Positions 44,186 through 57,593 of a stretch of DNA of 64,000 nt are shown in pieces. Both the position numbers and the translations under genes were made by a program. This DNA is from Octopus vulgaris (Eukaryota): NCBI GenBank assembly GCA_951406725.2, contig OX597820.1, forward strand, positions 67,146,001 to 67,210,000, in the 5' to 3' direction. Every line of letters begins with the position of its first letter. The first letter of the stretch is position 1. The notes beneath the pieces are model-generated. The model was not told the origin of the DNA and did not search any database. It saw only the letters and a list, made by a program, of their open reading frames with translations.

Positions 44186-44837
44186 TTACACGTCAACAAT
44201 ATATTACTTTGGGATCTTTGTCTGAAAAATTATTGATGGGAAAGATTCTATACATCTTTTTCTACATGCATACCTTTGTAACTCCCATCCGGCAGAATAA
44301 GTACTAGGCTTACAAAGAATAAGCCCCGGGATTGATTTATTCAACTATAGGCGGTGCTCCAGCCAATGATGTTTTCAAACAGACATCATCCATGCTCTGT
44401 TGGCTGGTGGTTACAATTTTTCAGTCTTGTAGTACCAGAATGGAGACTCGGAAAGGATTCTATGCTTTGATGTTATGGCCTTCATCCCTATGTCAACCCC
44501 AACTGAACAGACCTATGTATTCATATCCAATGTTTCCTTTCTATAAGCTATAGAATCGTTTGAAGGAACTTGACTTCTGTTTCTAGAAAACAGTTGCCCG
44601 AAGTTACACACACACATACGTGTGTGACATGGAATTAAAATTGTAACAGATTTTTCCAGTCTTTTGTTTTGATACGAGTATGTGCTTACACTGCAAATAT
44701 AATTCACCAGAAAGTTCAAATGTTATGTAAGCCTCATTTAATATAAAACATCTATAGATATATATTTGGTTACTGTGAGCATGCAGATATGCTTCGAGAA
44801 GATACTCCTTGGATTATGAATTCTTCTCTTCACAATA

Positions 44838-44842
44838 TGTGT

Positions 44843-44910
<68 letters not shown>

Positions 44911-44996
44911 CTTTGGACAAGTGTTTTCTACTATAGCCTCGGAAGGACCAAAGACTTGTAAGTGGATTTAGTACACGGAAACTGAAAGAAGCTCAT

Positions 44997-45067
<71 letters not shown>

Positions 45068-45154
45068 CACCTTCGGCAGGTGTCTTCAACTATAGCCACG
45101 GAACGACCAAAATCTTCTGAGTGGATTTGGTAGACGGAAACTGAAAAAAGTCCA

Positions 45155-45241
<87 letters not shown>
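44838..45241 (+). repeat. (TG)n tracts alternating with repeated ~90-bp SINE B segments
   Basis: A ...CTATAGCC...GGAAACTGAAA...ATCGT unit occurs twice, each followed by (TG)n. Confidence 0.8.
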
Positions 45242-45244
<3 letters not shown>

Positions 45245-45309
45245 TTAGGCTTCCAGAAGCATCACGAAAGCCAGTCGGATGGAATCTACCTGCAATTTGA
45301 GGTACTTAT

Positions 45310-45878
45310 CTTATACCTTTTACTTGTTTCCATAATTGGACAACGACCATACTGGAGCACCATCTTCAAGGGTTTTAGGAGGTCAAATCGACCCCAGTTC
45401 TTATTTCAAAGTCCGGCACTTATTCTGTCGACCTATTTTACCGAAGACACGGGGACGTAAACAGACCAATACCGGTTATCAAGTGATTTGGTAAAGGACG
45501 GACACAAATACATATACATACGAGGAGCTTCCACACAATTTCCATCCACCTAATTTACTTACAAGGCGTTGGTCGGCCTAGGAGCTATCGCAGATGAGAT
45601 TTACCCAAGGCGCCGCACAGTGGGACTGAACTCGATACCGCATGTTTACAAAGCGAGCTTCTTAACCACACAGCTATACCTGCGCCTGTTCATAGGAATT
45701 TCTTGTAGAATTTATGGCTAATTTAGTTTGTATTCTGAGAAGCTGGCAACCTAACCACATAGTTTCTGAGTTCAGTCCCACCGCGTGGCACCTTGGGCAA
45801 GTGTCTTCTACTATAGCCTTCGGCCAACCAAAGACTTGTGAGTATATTTGATAGACGGATACTGAAAGAAGCCCATCG

Positions 45879-45920
<42 letters not shown>

Positions 45921-46060
45921 TGTGTGTATATCTGTTTCTCTTCGCGGTTCGGTAAAAGAGGCCAGTAGAATAAGTACTAGGCTTACAAAGAATAAGTCCT
46001 GGGGTCGATTTGCTCAACTAAAGGCGGCGCTCCAGCATGGCCGCAGTCAAACGACTGAAA
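45310..46060. mobile_element. Two family B SINEs in opposite orientation (45310-45690 minus, 45740-46060 plus)
   Basis: Family B motifs on each strand. Confidence 0.7.
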
Positions 46061-47054
46061 CGGACATCATCCATGATCTGTTGAATGACCTCATTGGCTG
46101 GTGCTTACAGTTTCTTAGTCTTGTAGTACCAGAATGGAGACACGGAAAGGATTCTATGATTTGATGTTGTGGCCTTCATCCACATTTCAAACCCAACTAA
46201 ACAGATCGATGTATTCATATCCAATATTTCATTTCTATAAGCAATAGTATCGTTTGAGGGAATTTGACTTCTGTTTCTAGCAGACTCAAAGTCACGTGGA
46301 CCCTCTCCCACTGATATCGCTTTCCTTCGTGTGTCTGTTTCCCATTTCTCTCTCATTTTTTTTTATTTCGTATCTTTTTTTTATTTTCTTTATTATTAGT
46401 TTGTTTAACTAGTTCGCTCAGCCTCGTCGTGTGTAAGTAAATATTAGCAGTTAACTTTCAAATCTACCGAAGGCCAGAAGTGCAATTAATTAAGCATGCA
46501 CTATTTTCTGGTTAGCGTTATTGGACTTCACGACCGGGTATATAATTTATTGCCACAGAAAATAAGCTATAATTAATCATTCCATAACGGTACGTTGTCA
46601 ATAATATTTACCTGGAGAACAATTTCATTTTCGTTTATTTTTCTCTTATCTTTATAATCATTGGGTTTTCTTTTTTTTTTTTTTTTTGTGATGTTTTATT
46701 TCACATTATTTTTTGTGCGGCTGTTATTTTATTTAAAAGAAATCATCAATATTATTATTAGCATTGTTGTTGATGTTGACTCTCACGTTGTTTTCGATTT
46801 TGTGTGTTTTTTTTTTTTTAGCTGCTTATATTTTCTTAAATTTTTGTGGTCATTTTTTGTTATTGTTATTGTTACAATTACTGTATTCATTTGTTTTTCT
46901 GAGTGTGATTATGTGCGCATGCGTATATATGCATATGCGTGTATGCGCGTGTGCGTATGTGCGCATGCGTTACTGTATATGTAAGTGTGCGAGTGTGCGT
47001 ATGTGCGCATGCGTTACTGTATATGTAAGTGTGCGAGTGTGCGTATGTGCGCAT

Positions 47055-47110
<56 letters not shown>

Positions 47111-47830
47111 ATGTGTGTGCCAGTGTGCGTATGTCGCATGCGTGTCTGTTTATACGTGAGTATGCGAGTGTGCGTATGTACGCATGTGTTTATGTTTATG
47201 TATACGTGTGTGTTGCGCGCGCGCGTATGTGTGCATGTGTGACTGTGTACATGTGAGTCTGCGTACGTGTGCATCTGTATATGTAAATGTGAGAATATGC
47301 GTATGCAAACACGCATTGTTTTGTATTATGGCTATTAATTGATTATCGATCAGCCAATCCTGCTTTGACTTCTTTTTTATTTAAGCTAGTGCAAAAGCAC
47401 AGAAAACAAAATAAGAGAAAAGAAAGAATTATAATACAAAAGAAAAAGAAACTAGACAAATAGATAACTATAAAAAAAAAATACAAAAAGACACAAAAGA
47501 GAACGACAAAAAAAAGGACAATATACAAAAAAATATACATAGAAATGAAAATAGTTAATATTTAATAAGTTTAATGTGACAAAATGGAGAGCAATAATGA
47601 TATAAATATTTGTGTTTGCTGAGCGTATATGTGTATGTATATATTGCATGTATGTATATATTGTATGTATGTATATACTGAATGTATGTATGTATGTATG
47701 TATGTAAGTATGTATTTATGTATGTATGTATGTATGTATGTATGTATGTATGTATGTATGTATGTATGTATGAATGAATGTATGTGTGTGTATGAATGAG
47801 TGTATGCGTGTATTTATCTCGCTAGCAAGC

Positions 47831-47913
47831 TATATACACACATATATGTCATATGCTTATATATATATATTTATATATATTTATGTATGCATAAATGTAT
47901 ATATATATATATG

Positions 47914-47968
<55 letters not shown>

Positions 47969-48045
47969 TATATATATATACATTTATGCATACATAAATA
48001 TATATAAATATATATATAAGCATATGACATATATGTGTGTATACA
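47831..48045. repeat. Fold-back palindrome centred on a (TA)n tract
   Basis: TACACACATATATGTCATATGCTTATA...TTATGTATGCATAAATGT is mirrored as ACATTTATGCATACATAA...TATAAGCATATGACATATATGTGTGTA. Confidence 0.88.
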
Positions 48046-48108
48046 TATATACAAGCACACGCTTATACACATACACACACACATACACACGCACGCACAC
48101 ACACTCAC

Positions 48109-48139
<31 letters not shown>

Positions 48140-48771
48140 ATCACGCACACAAAGAAAAAATCAAAGATTATAGATTATGCATGCACCAGTTAAAGTTTGC
48201 TTCTGACAAAATTAAAAATCCAGGAAACAAGAAACCTTTAAGCAGGCAACGACCTGTTTCCAGTCAGGTAAATATGACGGAAAGAGAGCGTGAAACGGCT
48301 GTTGACACCAAAAGTGTTTGTAAGAAGGCACAGTTTCCATTTTATTTTAACCAGCTTATACAAATTTCTGTTACGTTCATATATTTGTGTGTATTTGTGT
48401 GCATATGTGTGGCTGTGCTTTATCGAAACAGGAAAGCAAATATCTTATCTATGACTTTTAAGATAATCTGATATTAATTTACAATATTCTGTAGTAGCTA
48501 CTCGGCTATAGCTGGCTGTTATTGTTGTTGTTGTTGTTGTTGTTATTGTTATTATTATTTAGCCCCTGGTCATGAAAGAACGAGCAGACCTATGATCAAA
48601 TGCATTCCAGCTGTAAACATCCTGTCTTTTCGTGGTATGTATTTCTAGGTTTACATTATCCAGTGTGTCTTTCTCTCTTGAATGACCTAGAGTATGATCA
48701 GGAAGATTTGACTGCTATTTTTAGCAAGTAGAGCGATCGCATAGAGATTCTCTTGTTAATTCGTTCGTCTT

Positions 48772-48827
<56 letters not shown>

Positions 48828-49252
48828 TCATGGTTCACAGCCACATAAAACGGTCTACTCGACACATGAGTAACTCTCCCGAAGAAACAGCGGTCCCAGA
48901 ACTTAATCTGGTTCTAATCGCGGTACTCATTCCAAGTTTTGCGCTTTGTCTCTAATAGGAGAAGCTCCACATTTTCTATGACGATACTTCACTCACGAAA
49001 TCTGAATCCGAGTAAATTTCGAAGTGCCGTTGAAAGCTAATATTCTTACTGATTAACTTCAACGCAAACCGCCTTCTCATACTTGATAAAAAGGATTCGA
49101 TAACAACGAAAACATGATCAATAGAAAGCGTCCAGTCCTTTCAAATATACCAACAACCATTTTAATATTTCATTTAAAATTCATATGGTGAGTACTGTTG
49201 GCTGTACACGAAACCACAATCTATAATGAAATAACTCTCTTTATCAGCATAC

Positions 49253-49289
<37 letters not shown>

Positions 49290-49358
49290 GGAGTAAACAC
49301 ATAAATGTGAAACAAGGTGGAAAAAAGAGTACTCAAATACCAGTGGTAGAGTAATATG

Positions 49359-49513
49359 CTTTATTTAAAGCAGCAGAAAATTCAACAAAACCTGTTACTC
49401 TGAGTTTCCCGTTGCCGTTCATCGGACAGTTTTTGCTAGAATCTGTCCGATGAACGGCAACAGGAAACTCAGAGTAACAGGTTTTGTTGAATTTTCTGCT
49501 GCTTTAAATAAAG
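49359..49513. repeat. Near-perfect inverted repeat (~70-bp arms) carrying two opposed HHR motifs
   Basis: CTTTATTTAAAGCAGCAG...GGACAG, a 13-nt spacer, then CTGTCC...CTGCTGCTTTAAATAAAG. The block lies between TA-rich tracts. Confidence 0.92.
49443..49480 (+). ncRNA. Hammerhead-like motif with core CCGAUGA (mirror copy 49392-49429 on minus)
   Basis: ctgt-CCGATGA-acggcaacag-GAAAC-TCAGA-GTA-acag. Stem I is perfect; stem II is weak. Confidence 0.55.
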
Positions 49514-49517
49514 TGTA

Positions 49518-49553
<36 letters not shown>

Positions 49554-49602
49554 TGTATGTATGTATGTATGCATGTATTATGCATGTATGTATGTATGTA
49601 TG

Positions 49603-49633
<31 letters not shown>

Positions 49634-49696
49634 CGTTTTTATATTTAGTATGCAATATTCTTTATGTGAATTGGTGTGTTGAAGTATGTTTTATTG

Positions 49697-49927
49697 TGTC
49701 TGGGGAGACTCATTCTCTTTTAGTGCCTCATTAATTTAACACACTCACCGATTTCCACTCATTTACTTATTTCTTTTTACTAAAATTTTCGTTTCGACTT
49801 ACAGACCATTGAAAAAAGGCTGCAAATCGCAGCGAAAATTTTTAGTAAAATTAAATAAATAAATGAGACAAAATCGGTGAGTGTGTTAAATTATAAAGCA
49901 CTAAAATAGAATGACTCTCCCCAGATA
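49697..49927. repeat. Diverged inverted repeat (~110-bp arms), probable Penelope-like terminal pair
   Basis: TCTGGGGAGACTCATTCT...TTAACACACTCACCGATTT pairs with AAATCGGTGAGTGTGTTAA...AGAATGACTCTCCCCAGA. Confidence 0.8.
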
Positions 49928-49931
49928 CCAT

Positions 49932-49977
<46 letters not shown>

Positions 49978-49980
<3 letters not shown>

Positions 49981-50700
49981 GACGATGACCATCTGACCCA
50001 TTGACCTTTTCAACATACAAATCTCCAAGCAATAGCCAGTTTACTACTCAAAATACATTGAAAAACTGCTCTCGATTATAACCACCAAAAACTTTCAAAA
50101 GCCAAAATCACGCGTCTAACACTACCAATTGCAATTGTAACACCCCTTCATCTACCCCTCCAAATGAAAATTTCCTCACAAGTAACACTATATATATATA
50201 GCACATTTGTAACTACGAACAACACTACGATACCAACAACAGCTACGTATATAGGGTCAACGGCAAACCAATTCAAAACACCGTGAAGCCAATACGTACA
50301 TACTTTTCGCAACCCAAACGAGATTACACTGTCTAAACATATACGGTCACTAAAGTTAAAAATACCCCATTTGGCCTTCATTAGGAAGTATTGTCCGATG
50401 CACAACCATATCAAACAAGCAACAAATCTTGTCAACTCTGTACTGCTGAATCCTACCAAATTCCCTTCTGTATGGAACCATAATTCTGAGTTATTCTTTT
50501 GAAAACACTAAATCTTCAAACCTCTAAGACATTTCATACTAACACATTTTTCAAACGGCTTAACATGACAATCTGTCATCCCACTTTCCCCCCTACAGTT
50601 CTATATATAATCCTTCTACGAGCAACAAACACTATAGCTTTTCCCTCAATAAGCTCTGCTGCAATTTCCTAGAATTTCTACACTGATCATCTATAATACC
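49978..50700 (+). mobile_element. Decayed Penelope-like GIY-YIG fragment
   Basis: Plus-strand relics NCNC, TIYI, YIGSTANQFK, TLSKHI and SCQLC; starts right after (TA)n. Confidence 0.7.
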
Positions 50701-50828
50701 CATAAAAAATTTCTATCTAACGACGCATTTGTAAAATTTCTACTAAGGACGCATATACAGAAATAAGTTTCCTTGCATACACATCCATTTACAGACAGGT
50801 AGATAAGGAACTTAATAGACTTCTCTCA

Positions 50829-50990
50829 AATTTATTGAAAAACAAATACGAAGATTGATGTAAAAACAACAGGTAAGTGTATTAGTTTGACGCTTGGGAA
50901 AAATGGAAAAGTCTTTTACGTTTCGAGCCTAGGCTCTTCGACAGAAAGGAATAAGAGGAAATAAATAGAGAGAATGTAAAGAAACGTGTT
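50829..50990 (-). mobile_element. Short HHR-bearing element, copy C (HHR 50913-50948, core CUGUCGA)
   Basis: cttt-CTGTCGA-a-gagc-ctag-gctc-GAAAC-GTA-aaag; flanks homologous to copies A and B. Confidence 0.7.
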
Positions 50991-51401
50991 GAGTTCAGTG
51001 GTCCAAGACCCTGAGATGGATCAATACATCAACGACCATATCAATCATATAGATATACGATTCCATTTAATTCGGGATACCCCTTCATGTCTTGGAACTG
51101 CAGTCATATAGGTCCATATGGATGTATGTATCGGTTTATACTGTCCCTTAATTTTTAAAGAACTGCATGTAGATATTACGCGACTTTTAAGTGTCGTGCA
51201 CTTGATTAATGCAATATATTCCTACACGAACGTTTGTTTTAGACATGTGCGTGTGTGCATGTGTGTATATGTGTGCATGTGTGCATGTGTGTATATGTAT
51301 GCGTGCGTATGTGCGTGTGTGTGTGTCTGAGTATGTTTACCTTCAGATATGAATGTGTGTGTGTATATATGTATTTATATTTATATAAATGTATGTGAGT
51401 G

Positions 51402-51443
<42 letters not shown>

Positions 51444-51574
51444 CACACACGCGTTTGTTTATATGTATATACATGCATGTGAGAATATACAACCGTGCGC
51501 ACGTGTGTGTAGGTAGGATTTAGACTTATGCATTCATCTGGATCAATATGTAACGCTATGAATTTGAATGTATT

Positions 51575-51901
51575 TGTTTAAAAAGGTAAAGACGCCCTTC
51601 GGTCAAGAATGGCCATGAGATTACACCCAAAAAGTACCCCACCGAGGCACAAGTCAGGGCAAAGTTGTTTGTAGTAGACCATCAGTCGCCTATACATAGC
51701 AATCTCCCTTCTCCAAACCACCGATGTTGCCCAAGGGAAAGGCAAGGGCCGACACAGCTTGGCACCAGTGACAGCTGAGTGAACTGGAGTAACATGAAAT
51801 AAAGTGTCTTGCACAAGAACACAATACACAGCCCGGTCTGGGAATCGAACTCACTATCTCATGATTGTGAGCCCGACGCTCTAACCACTGAGCCATGCGC
51901 C
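51575..51901 (-). mobile_element. tRNA-derived SINE (family C head, different tail)
   Basis: GGCGCATGGCTCAGTGGTTAGAGCG (A-box) and GAGTTCGATTCCC (B-box), then TTGTGCAAGACACTTTATTTCA. Confidence 0.8.
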
Positions 51902-51978
51902 TACACTATACATTTGTCAACAACAATATAAGATCGATAAAAAAAAAGGTATCCACGCTAGAAAGCCCAATGAATAAA

Positions 51979-52343
51979 GGCGGCGAGCTGGCAGAACCGT
52001 TAGCACACTAGGCGAAATGCTTAGCGGTATTTCGTCTGCCGCTACGTTCTGAGTTCAAATTCCACCGAGGTTGACTTTGCCTTTCATCCTTTCGGGGTCG
52101 ATATAATCAACTTAATCCATTTGTCTGTCCTTGTTTGTCCTCGCTATGTTTAGCCCCTTGTGGGTAGTAAAGAAATAGGTATTTCGTCTGCCGCTACGTT
52201 CTGAGTTCAAATTCCACCGAGGTCGACTTTGGTTTTCATCCTTTCGGGGTCGATAAATTAAATACCAGTTGCGTACTTGAGTCGATCTAATCGACTGGCC
52301 CCCTACCCCAAACTTTCGAGCTTGTGCCTAGAGTAGAAAAGAA
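51979..52343 (+). mobile_element. SINE family A with internal duplication
   Basis: Same structure as 434-848. Confidence 0.87.
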
Positions 52344-53174
52344 TATTTATAATAATATAGTCTTCTAAATCCTAAAATTTTCGAAATACCCAATTTAAAA
52401 TTACTTTATAGAAACCCAAGAGTATTTCAACCAGTCTGACCTATGCTGTGGAATCAACAAAATTATGTACAAACATTTTTCTGTGAACCCTAAAACACAA
52501 GAACATCTTTATAGGCAAAGAATATCTTGATATGAATTTGATACATCTATTTACACCTTTATTTGCAAGACAGACTGAATCCTAAACAATAACACACTTC
52601 CCATATCAAACCAAAATATATCTCCTCATCATGATTTTCTAACAACCCACACCCTGTAAACAAATACTTTCTTCCTATCCGTCTCAACCCCCTTTTCTAT
52701 CCAACATCTCATGTATATCTGCACTACATCTAATTATCATTCACGTAGCTCCACCTACCAAAAAATTACCATAGATTACCAACTATCAAATTCACTCACA
52801 ACGCTTTGGTCAGCTCTAGGCTATAGTAGAAAAATAATAGGTACTTAATGGTATATATATTTAAATTGTATTTGAGTATAAAATAGATTATTTAATTTTA
52901 TTGTTTTTTTTTATAATAGTTAATAATATTTTATTTGTGTGTTGTGTTGTTATAGTTTGATTAAATTAATTTTAGATATGTATTATTTTAGAATATTAGG
53001 TAATAATAGTTGAACTTTATATATGTAATATATAGTACGTGTAGTATATATATATTGCTCAAAGTAGGGCTGAACCCAGAACCATGTGGTTGGTAGACAA
53101 ACACCTTACCACACACATACGCCTACGTGCGTGTGTGTATGTACATAAATGTATGCATATGTATATATGTGTGT

Positions 53175-53378
53175 GTGACCGCGTGTGTACCGTTGGCGAT
53201 TTTTTTTCCTCTGTCTTCCCTTCCCTGGATCTTTCCTTCTCCTATGTTTCTGACGAAGAGCTCCGCTCGAAACATTAAACCCTCCTTCTTTCTTTCTTTC
53301 CTGAGCGTCCAATAATACTATATTTGTTCCACGTCCTCGCGTTGTTGTGTTTTTATGTGCTTTCATGTTTGGATTAAC
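53175..53378 (+). mobile_element. Short HHR-bearing Penelope-like element, related subfamily (HHR 53246-53280, canonical CUGACGA)
   Basis: gttt-CTGACGA-a-gagc-tcc-gctc-GAAAC-ATT-aaac (ATT is probably CpG-decayed GTT). The 3' end abuts (TA)n. Confidence 0.72.
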
Positions 53379-53746
53379 TATATATATATATATATATATA
53401 ATAGAAATATTAAAATTACTAAGTCTCTCTAAAAGAGAACAACGGCAGCGTTCCCGGAAAATAATAGTTATCGCCATACTAATATGGCATTCTTATAAAA
53501 ATAAGAATAAAGCTTCTTTATGTATGTATGTATGTATGTATGTATGTATGTATGTATGTATGTATGTATGTATGTATATACTTTTATCTTTACGGTGCTT
53601 TATTTGACTGGAAAGTAATACATTTGTACTGCAATATTTAACTTTTCATTGAAAACTTTTTCACTGTTCTCGGTTCTGTTAACGGCTAGGCGTTCAGGCG
53701 AGTATACTGACATTGATGTAGCAACATTTGAAATATTGTCCAGGAA

Positions 53747-53821
53747 AATCTAGCTGAAGAAGGCTAATCAAATTTATGATAACAAACGTATTTCAAGAGT
53801 TTGAAACCTAGGTTCTAGATT
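53747..53821 (+). ncRNA. Type-I hammerhead ribozyme motif, canonical core
   Basis: aatctag-CTGAAGA-aggct...agttt-GAAAC-CTAG-GTT-ctagatt; 7-bp stem I and palindromic helix III. Confidence 0.75.
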
Positions 53822-53952
53822 ATCCAATTCTGAGTTGTCCATTTATCTAATGTTCTTCCTAGAGGTAAGACGAAATTTTTTATGTTCGCCGCCCTCAGAT
53901 GTCTTTGCCAGTATATACACAGTGAAGCTTTACTATAGCGTCGTAAATTTAT

Positions 53953-54045
<93 letters not shown>

Positions 54046-54505
54046 ACACACAAACACACACACACAGCGGTAGGTAGAGAAGTATGTAGGTGGTTGTTTG
54101 GATGAATGGACGGATGGACGGATGGATGGATGGATGGAGTTGCTTTTGGTGATTTCATTAGAAACAGAAAGAACCAAAGTTAACGTAAAATACTCATTAC
54201 ATCAATTCGAGGATATATTAATTAATTAATTTAATTAATTTTAATTATTTAGTTATTTTTTAATTAATTTATTTCGAATTAATATTTCAATTAATTTATT
54301 ATTAATCAATTGATATTTTCTGTGTTGCATTCATCCACAAGCCGTCAGTGAGTCTGACAATTTCTCCATGAATGCAACAGAGGCTACTTCAGTTAATTAA
54401 CACTCTATAGCGAATGCATTGATATGCAAATGAGTAAAACCTTCAGCTACTAGTTATAGCATTTTATGATAGGCACTGGAAAACTCAAACTTTCACTCCC
54501 CATCT

Positions 54506-54559
<54 letters not shown>

Positions 54560-55398
54560 TTCTCCCTCTCTAAATATCTGTATGCTTGTGTGCGTTTGTG
54601 TGTGGAGAGGGGGGGATAGACAGTTTTGATAAGCTGGTAAAAGCACAGCGAAACTCGTCGAGCTGTTTCCTGCTCTGTTTTGCAGAGAAATTTCTTTCTT
54701 GGAATCATAAGATCTGTTTACAACAGCTAGGCATTCTCTATGTTTATTAACGTGTGCATGTAAACTTATTCACCACACACACACACACACACACACACGT
54801 GTGTGTGTATACATATGTGTAACATATACTAATAAAATAAATGCACCCTTTTAAAGCCTAGCCAGGGTCATGGGCCCGGTTTCCCGGTTTCAAGTTTTTG
54901 TTGGGTTTTTTTGCCTTAAAACCAAAAATTTTATTGAAATAAAGGCATGCTTTGTTATTTTTTTAATGAAAAGTAAACACTTTTCTTTCCTGCCAAGCTT
55001 ACTATTTAAACCATGTTTGTGTTTTCCCAGTCAATAGCCTTATCATTACTGGTACTTTAAACTCTTCGGTTGCATATTTGTGTGAATAAAATCGTTTTTC
55101 TTTGGAATAGATAAAAAAGTCTATCTTTATTTCTTCTTTTGCTGGTTTTTCAAATTTAGGTTAAATCAGTGTTTCTCTATGGTACGGTCGGACAAGTTGT
55201 TTTGAGAAAATTTGGTTTAAATGTTTGACAACTCAGCACCGTCCATTAGACGGGGGGCGTTTTGCTCGAATATATATACTTATATATATATATTTACACC
55301 TGGTAACTTACTGGTAAAGCACGGTCACTTTCACAGTGATCGTTATGTATATGGCAAATGAAAGACGGAAGGTGGGTATATACGAGAATTTATTATTA

Positions 55399-55504
55399 AT
55401 CACGACAATTGTTTCGACGCATCTAGCATCGATTCCTCATGGATGAGACGCCCAACAACTAGTTCAGGAGCATCCGGGGACGCAGATGTATCTCGTCGGG
55501 TGAT
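55399..55504 (-). ncRNA. Type-I hammerhead motif with core CCGACGA and long stem II
   Basis: atcac-CCGACGA-gatacatct...agatgcgtc-GAAAC-AATT-GTC-gtgat. Confidence 0.68.
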
Positions 55505-55868
55505 AAATAAATGCAACTCGTTAAAATAACAGTTCCGCAATGTAACTTCTCGTTTTGTAGAAAGAAAAGCAGCCAGACGGAGGAAATATTTTCATTTATG
55601 TCGAAGATCAAAAATAAAACCACAGATGGCAAAAAGAGAAACGAGCATACAATCCAGCGAGAAAAGTATTTAAAATAACCGTTAACAAATATATACCATA
55701 AAATGTGCTATGATTGTCTTTCAAGTTTTGTCTAGTACCATATTCAAGCAGTGGGGAAAAAGTGCACTAAGCGAAACTTTAAACCGCAGTCAAAACTAAT
55801 TTTATAATGAATTTGATTCTATCATGAGCATTAAGGTCTCACAATCAGTAACTGGCCTGTTGTTGTTC

Positions 55869-55869
<1 letters not shown>

Positions 55870-55899
<30 letters not shown>

Positions 55900-56173
55900 C
55901 ATACATACATACATACATACATACACACAGAGACAGACAAACATGTACATACATGCATACATACTGACATATATGCATATATGCACACATACACACACAC
56001 ATACATATATACGTATGTATGTGTGTCTGTATTTACACACAGAGGGTGGCATAAAAGATGCACAACCATTTAATGTAAATTAGCAGATATTAAATGGAAG
56101 CAAGTCTTTTGGCCCACTTCGAATATAGGTGTTGGTGAATCAATGCGCACGCCTACATACATACATACATACA

Positions 56174-56209
<36 letters not shown>

Positions 56210-56300
56210 CAGATGTGTTTGTATGTGCATTCATAAATGTAAATTTGCATATATGTAGGCGCATGTATGAGTATATGCATACATACGCACATATTTACAT

Positions 56301-56337
<37 letters not shown>

Positions 56338-56930
56338 AATATATGTATACACACACACATTTATGTCAAATTTATGTGTGCGAATGTAGACATATGTATG
56401 TACATATGTGTGTGTGAGTATGTATATATGTGCCTGTGTATGTGTATGTTTGTATATACGTATATATGTGTTTGTGTGTCTATGTATGTACTATGTATGT
56501 GTGCTTATGTATGTATGTATGTATGTACGTTCGTACGTATGTTTATGTGTGGTCTATGTATGTATGTATGTACGTATGCATGTATGTCTATGTGCGTATA
56601 TCCGTATCTATGTGTCTACGTCCGTATGTATGTATGTATGTATGTATGCATGTATGTATGTATGTATGTATGTATGTATGTATGTGTGTATGTATGTATG
56701 TATGTATGTATGTATGTATGTATGTATGTCTATGTATGTATGTACGTATGCATGTGTGTCTATGTATGTATGAACGTATGCATGTGTGTCTATGCATGTA
56801 TGTCCGTATGTATGTGTGTCTATGTATGTACGTATGCATGTGTGTCTATGTATGTACGTATGCATGTGTGTCTATGCATGTACGTCCGTATGTATGTGTG
56901 TCTATGTATGTATATATGTATGTACGTAAA
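55870..56930. repeat. Degenerate (CATA)/(TATG)/(TG) microsatellite block
   Basis: Direct reading; this block produces the spurious 275-aa ORF. Confidence 0.93.
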
Positions 56931-57065
56931 ATTAATACAGAAATTTAATCAAAAACGACGTCTGGAATAAATATATTGATTTCATCCTTGGCCAAATGTG
57001 ATGTTAATAGTAATAGAGTGTTGTTAGAGAGAGAAGGGGGGGAGACAGTGTGTGTGTGCGCGTGT

Positions 57066-57100
<35 letters not shown>

Positions 57101-57593
57101 CCTGTGTGTGATTGTGTGCATGTGTGTGTATGTGTATATTGATACGATCGTTATGTTTAACTGTAAATCACTAAATTTGAACCTGCCATTACGATCGGCG
57201 CCATCACCATCTCCACGTGTATCCTCAAGTCTTATTGATTATTGACCTGTTAAGCTAATCGATACTTCTGGCTAAAGATCATCTTTTACGCCAATTACTG
57301 GTGGAATTGACGTGGGTGGCCCAGTTTTACTCCAATACGTCATCACCATCATCATTACCCTCGTTAATAACATCGCCACCAACACCATTCTTATTACTAT
57401 TTTTACCACCACCATTACTAATTCTACCAACACCTTTGTCATACTACTACTGCTGCTGCTGCTGCTGTCGCTGCTGCTGCTGCTGCTGTCGCTGCTGCTG
57501 CTGCTGCTGACATCGACACCGACATCACCAACGCTAACCAACAGCCAAATCTTCTTGAAACTACGCCCTACATAATAAAGACACACCAACGAA

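Noticed and set aside
51830-51901. tRNA-like sequence with A and B boxes (also ~5470-5540 and 57594-57660)
   Set aside because: No complete acceptor stem, and each continues into a SINE body, so these are SINE heads rather than tRNA genes.
56143-56970. 275-aa ORF and the many similar [16 protein letters not shown] ORFs across the window
   Set aside because: They are translations of stop-free TATG, TA, CA and TG microsatellites, not genes.
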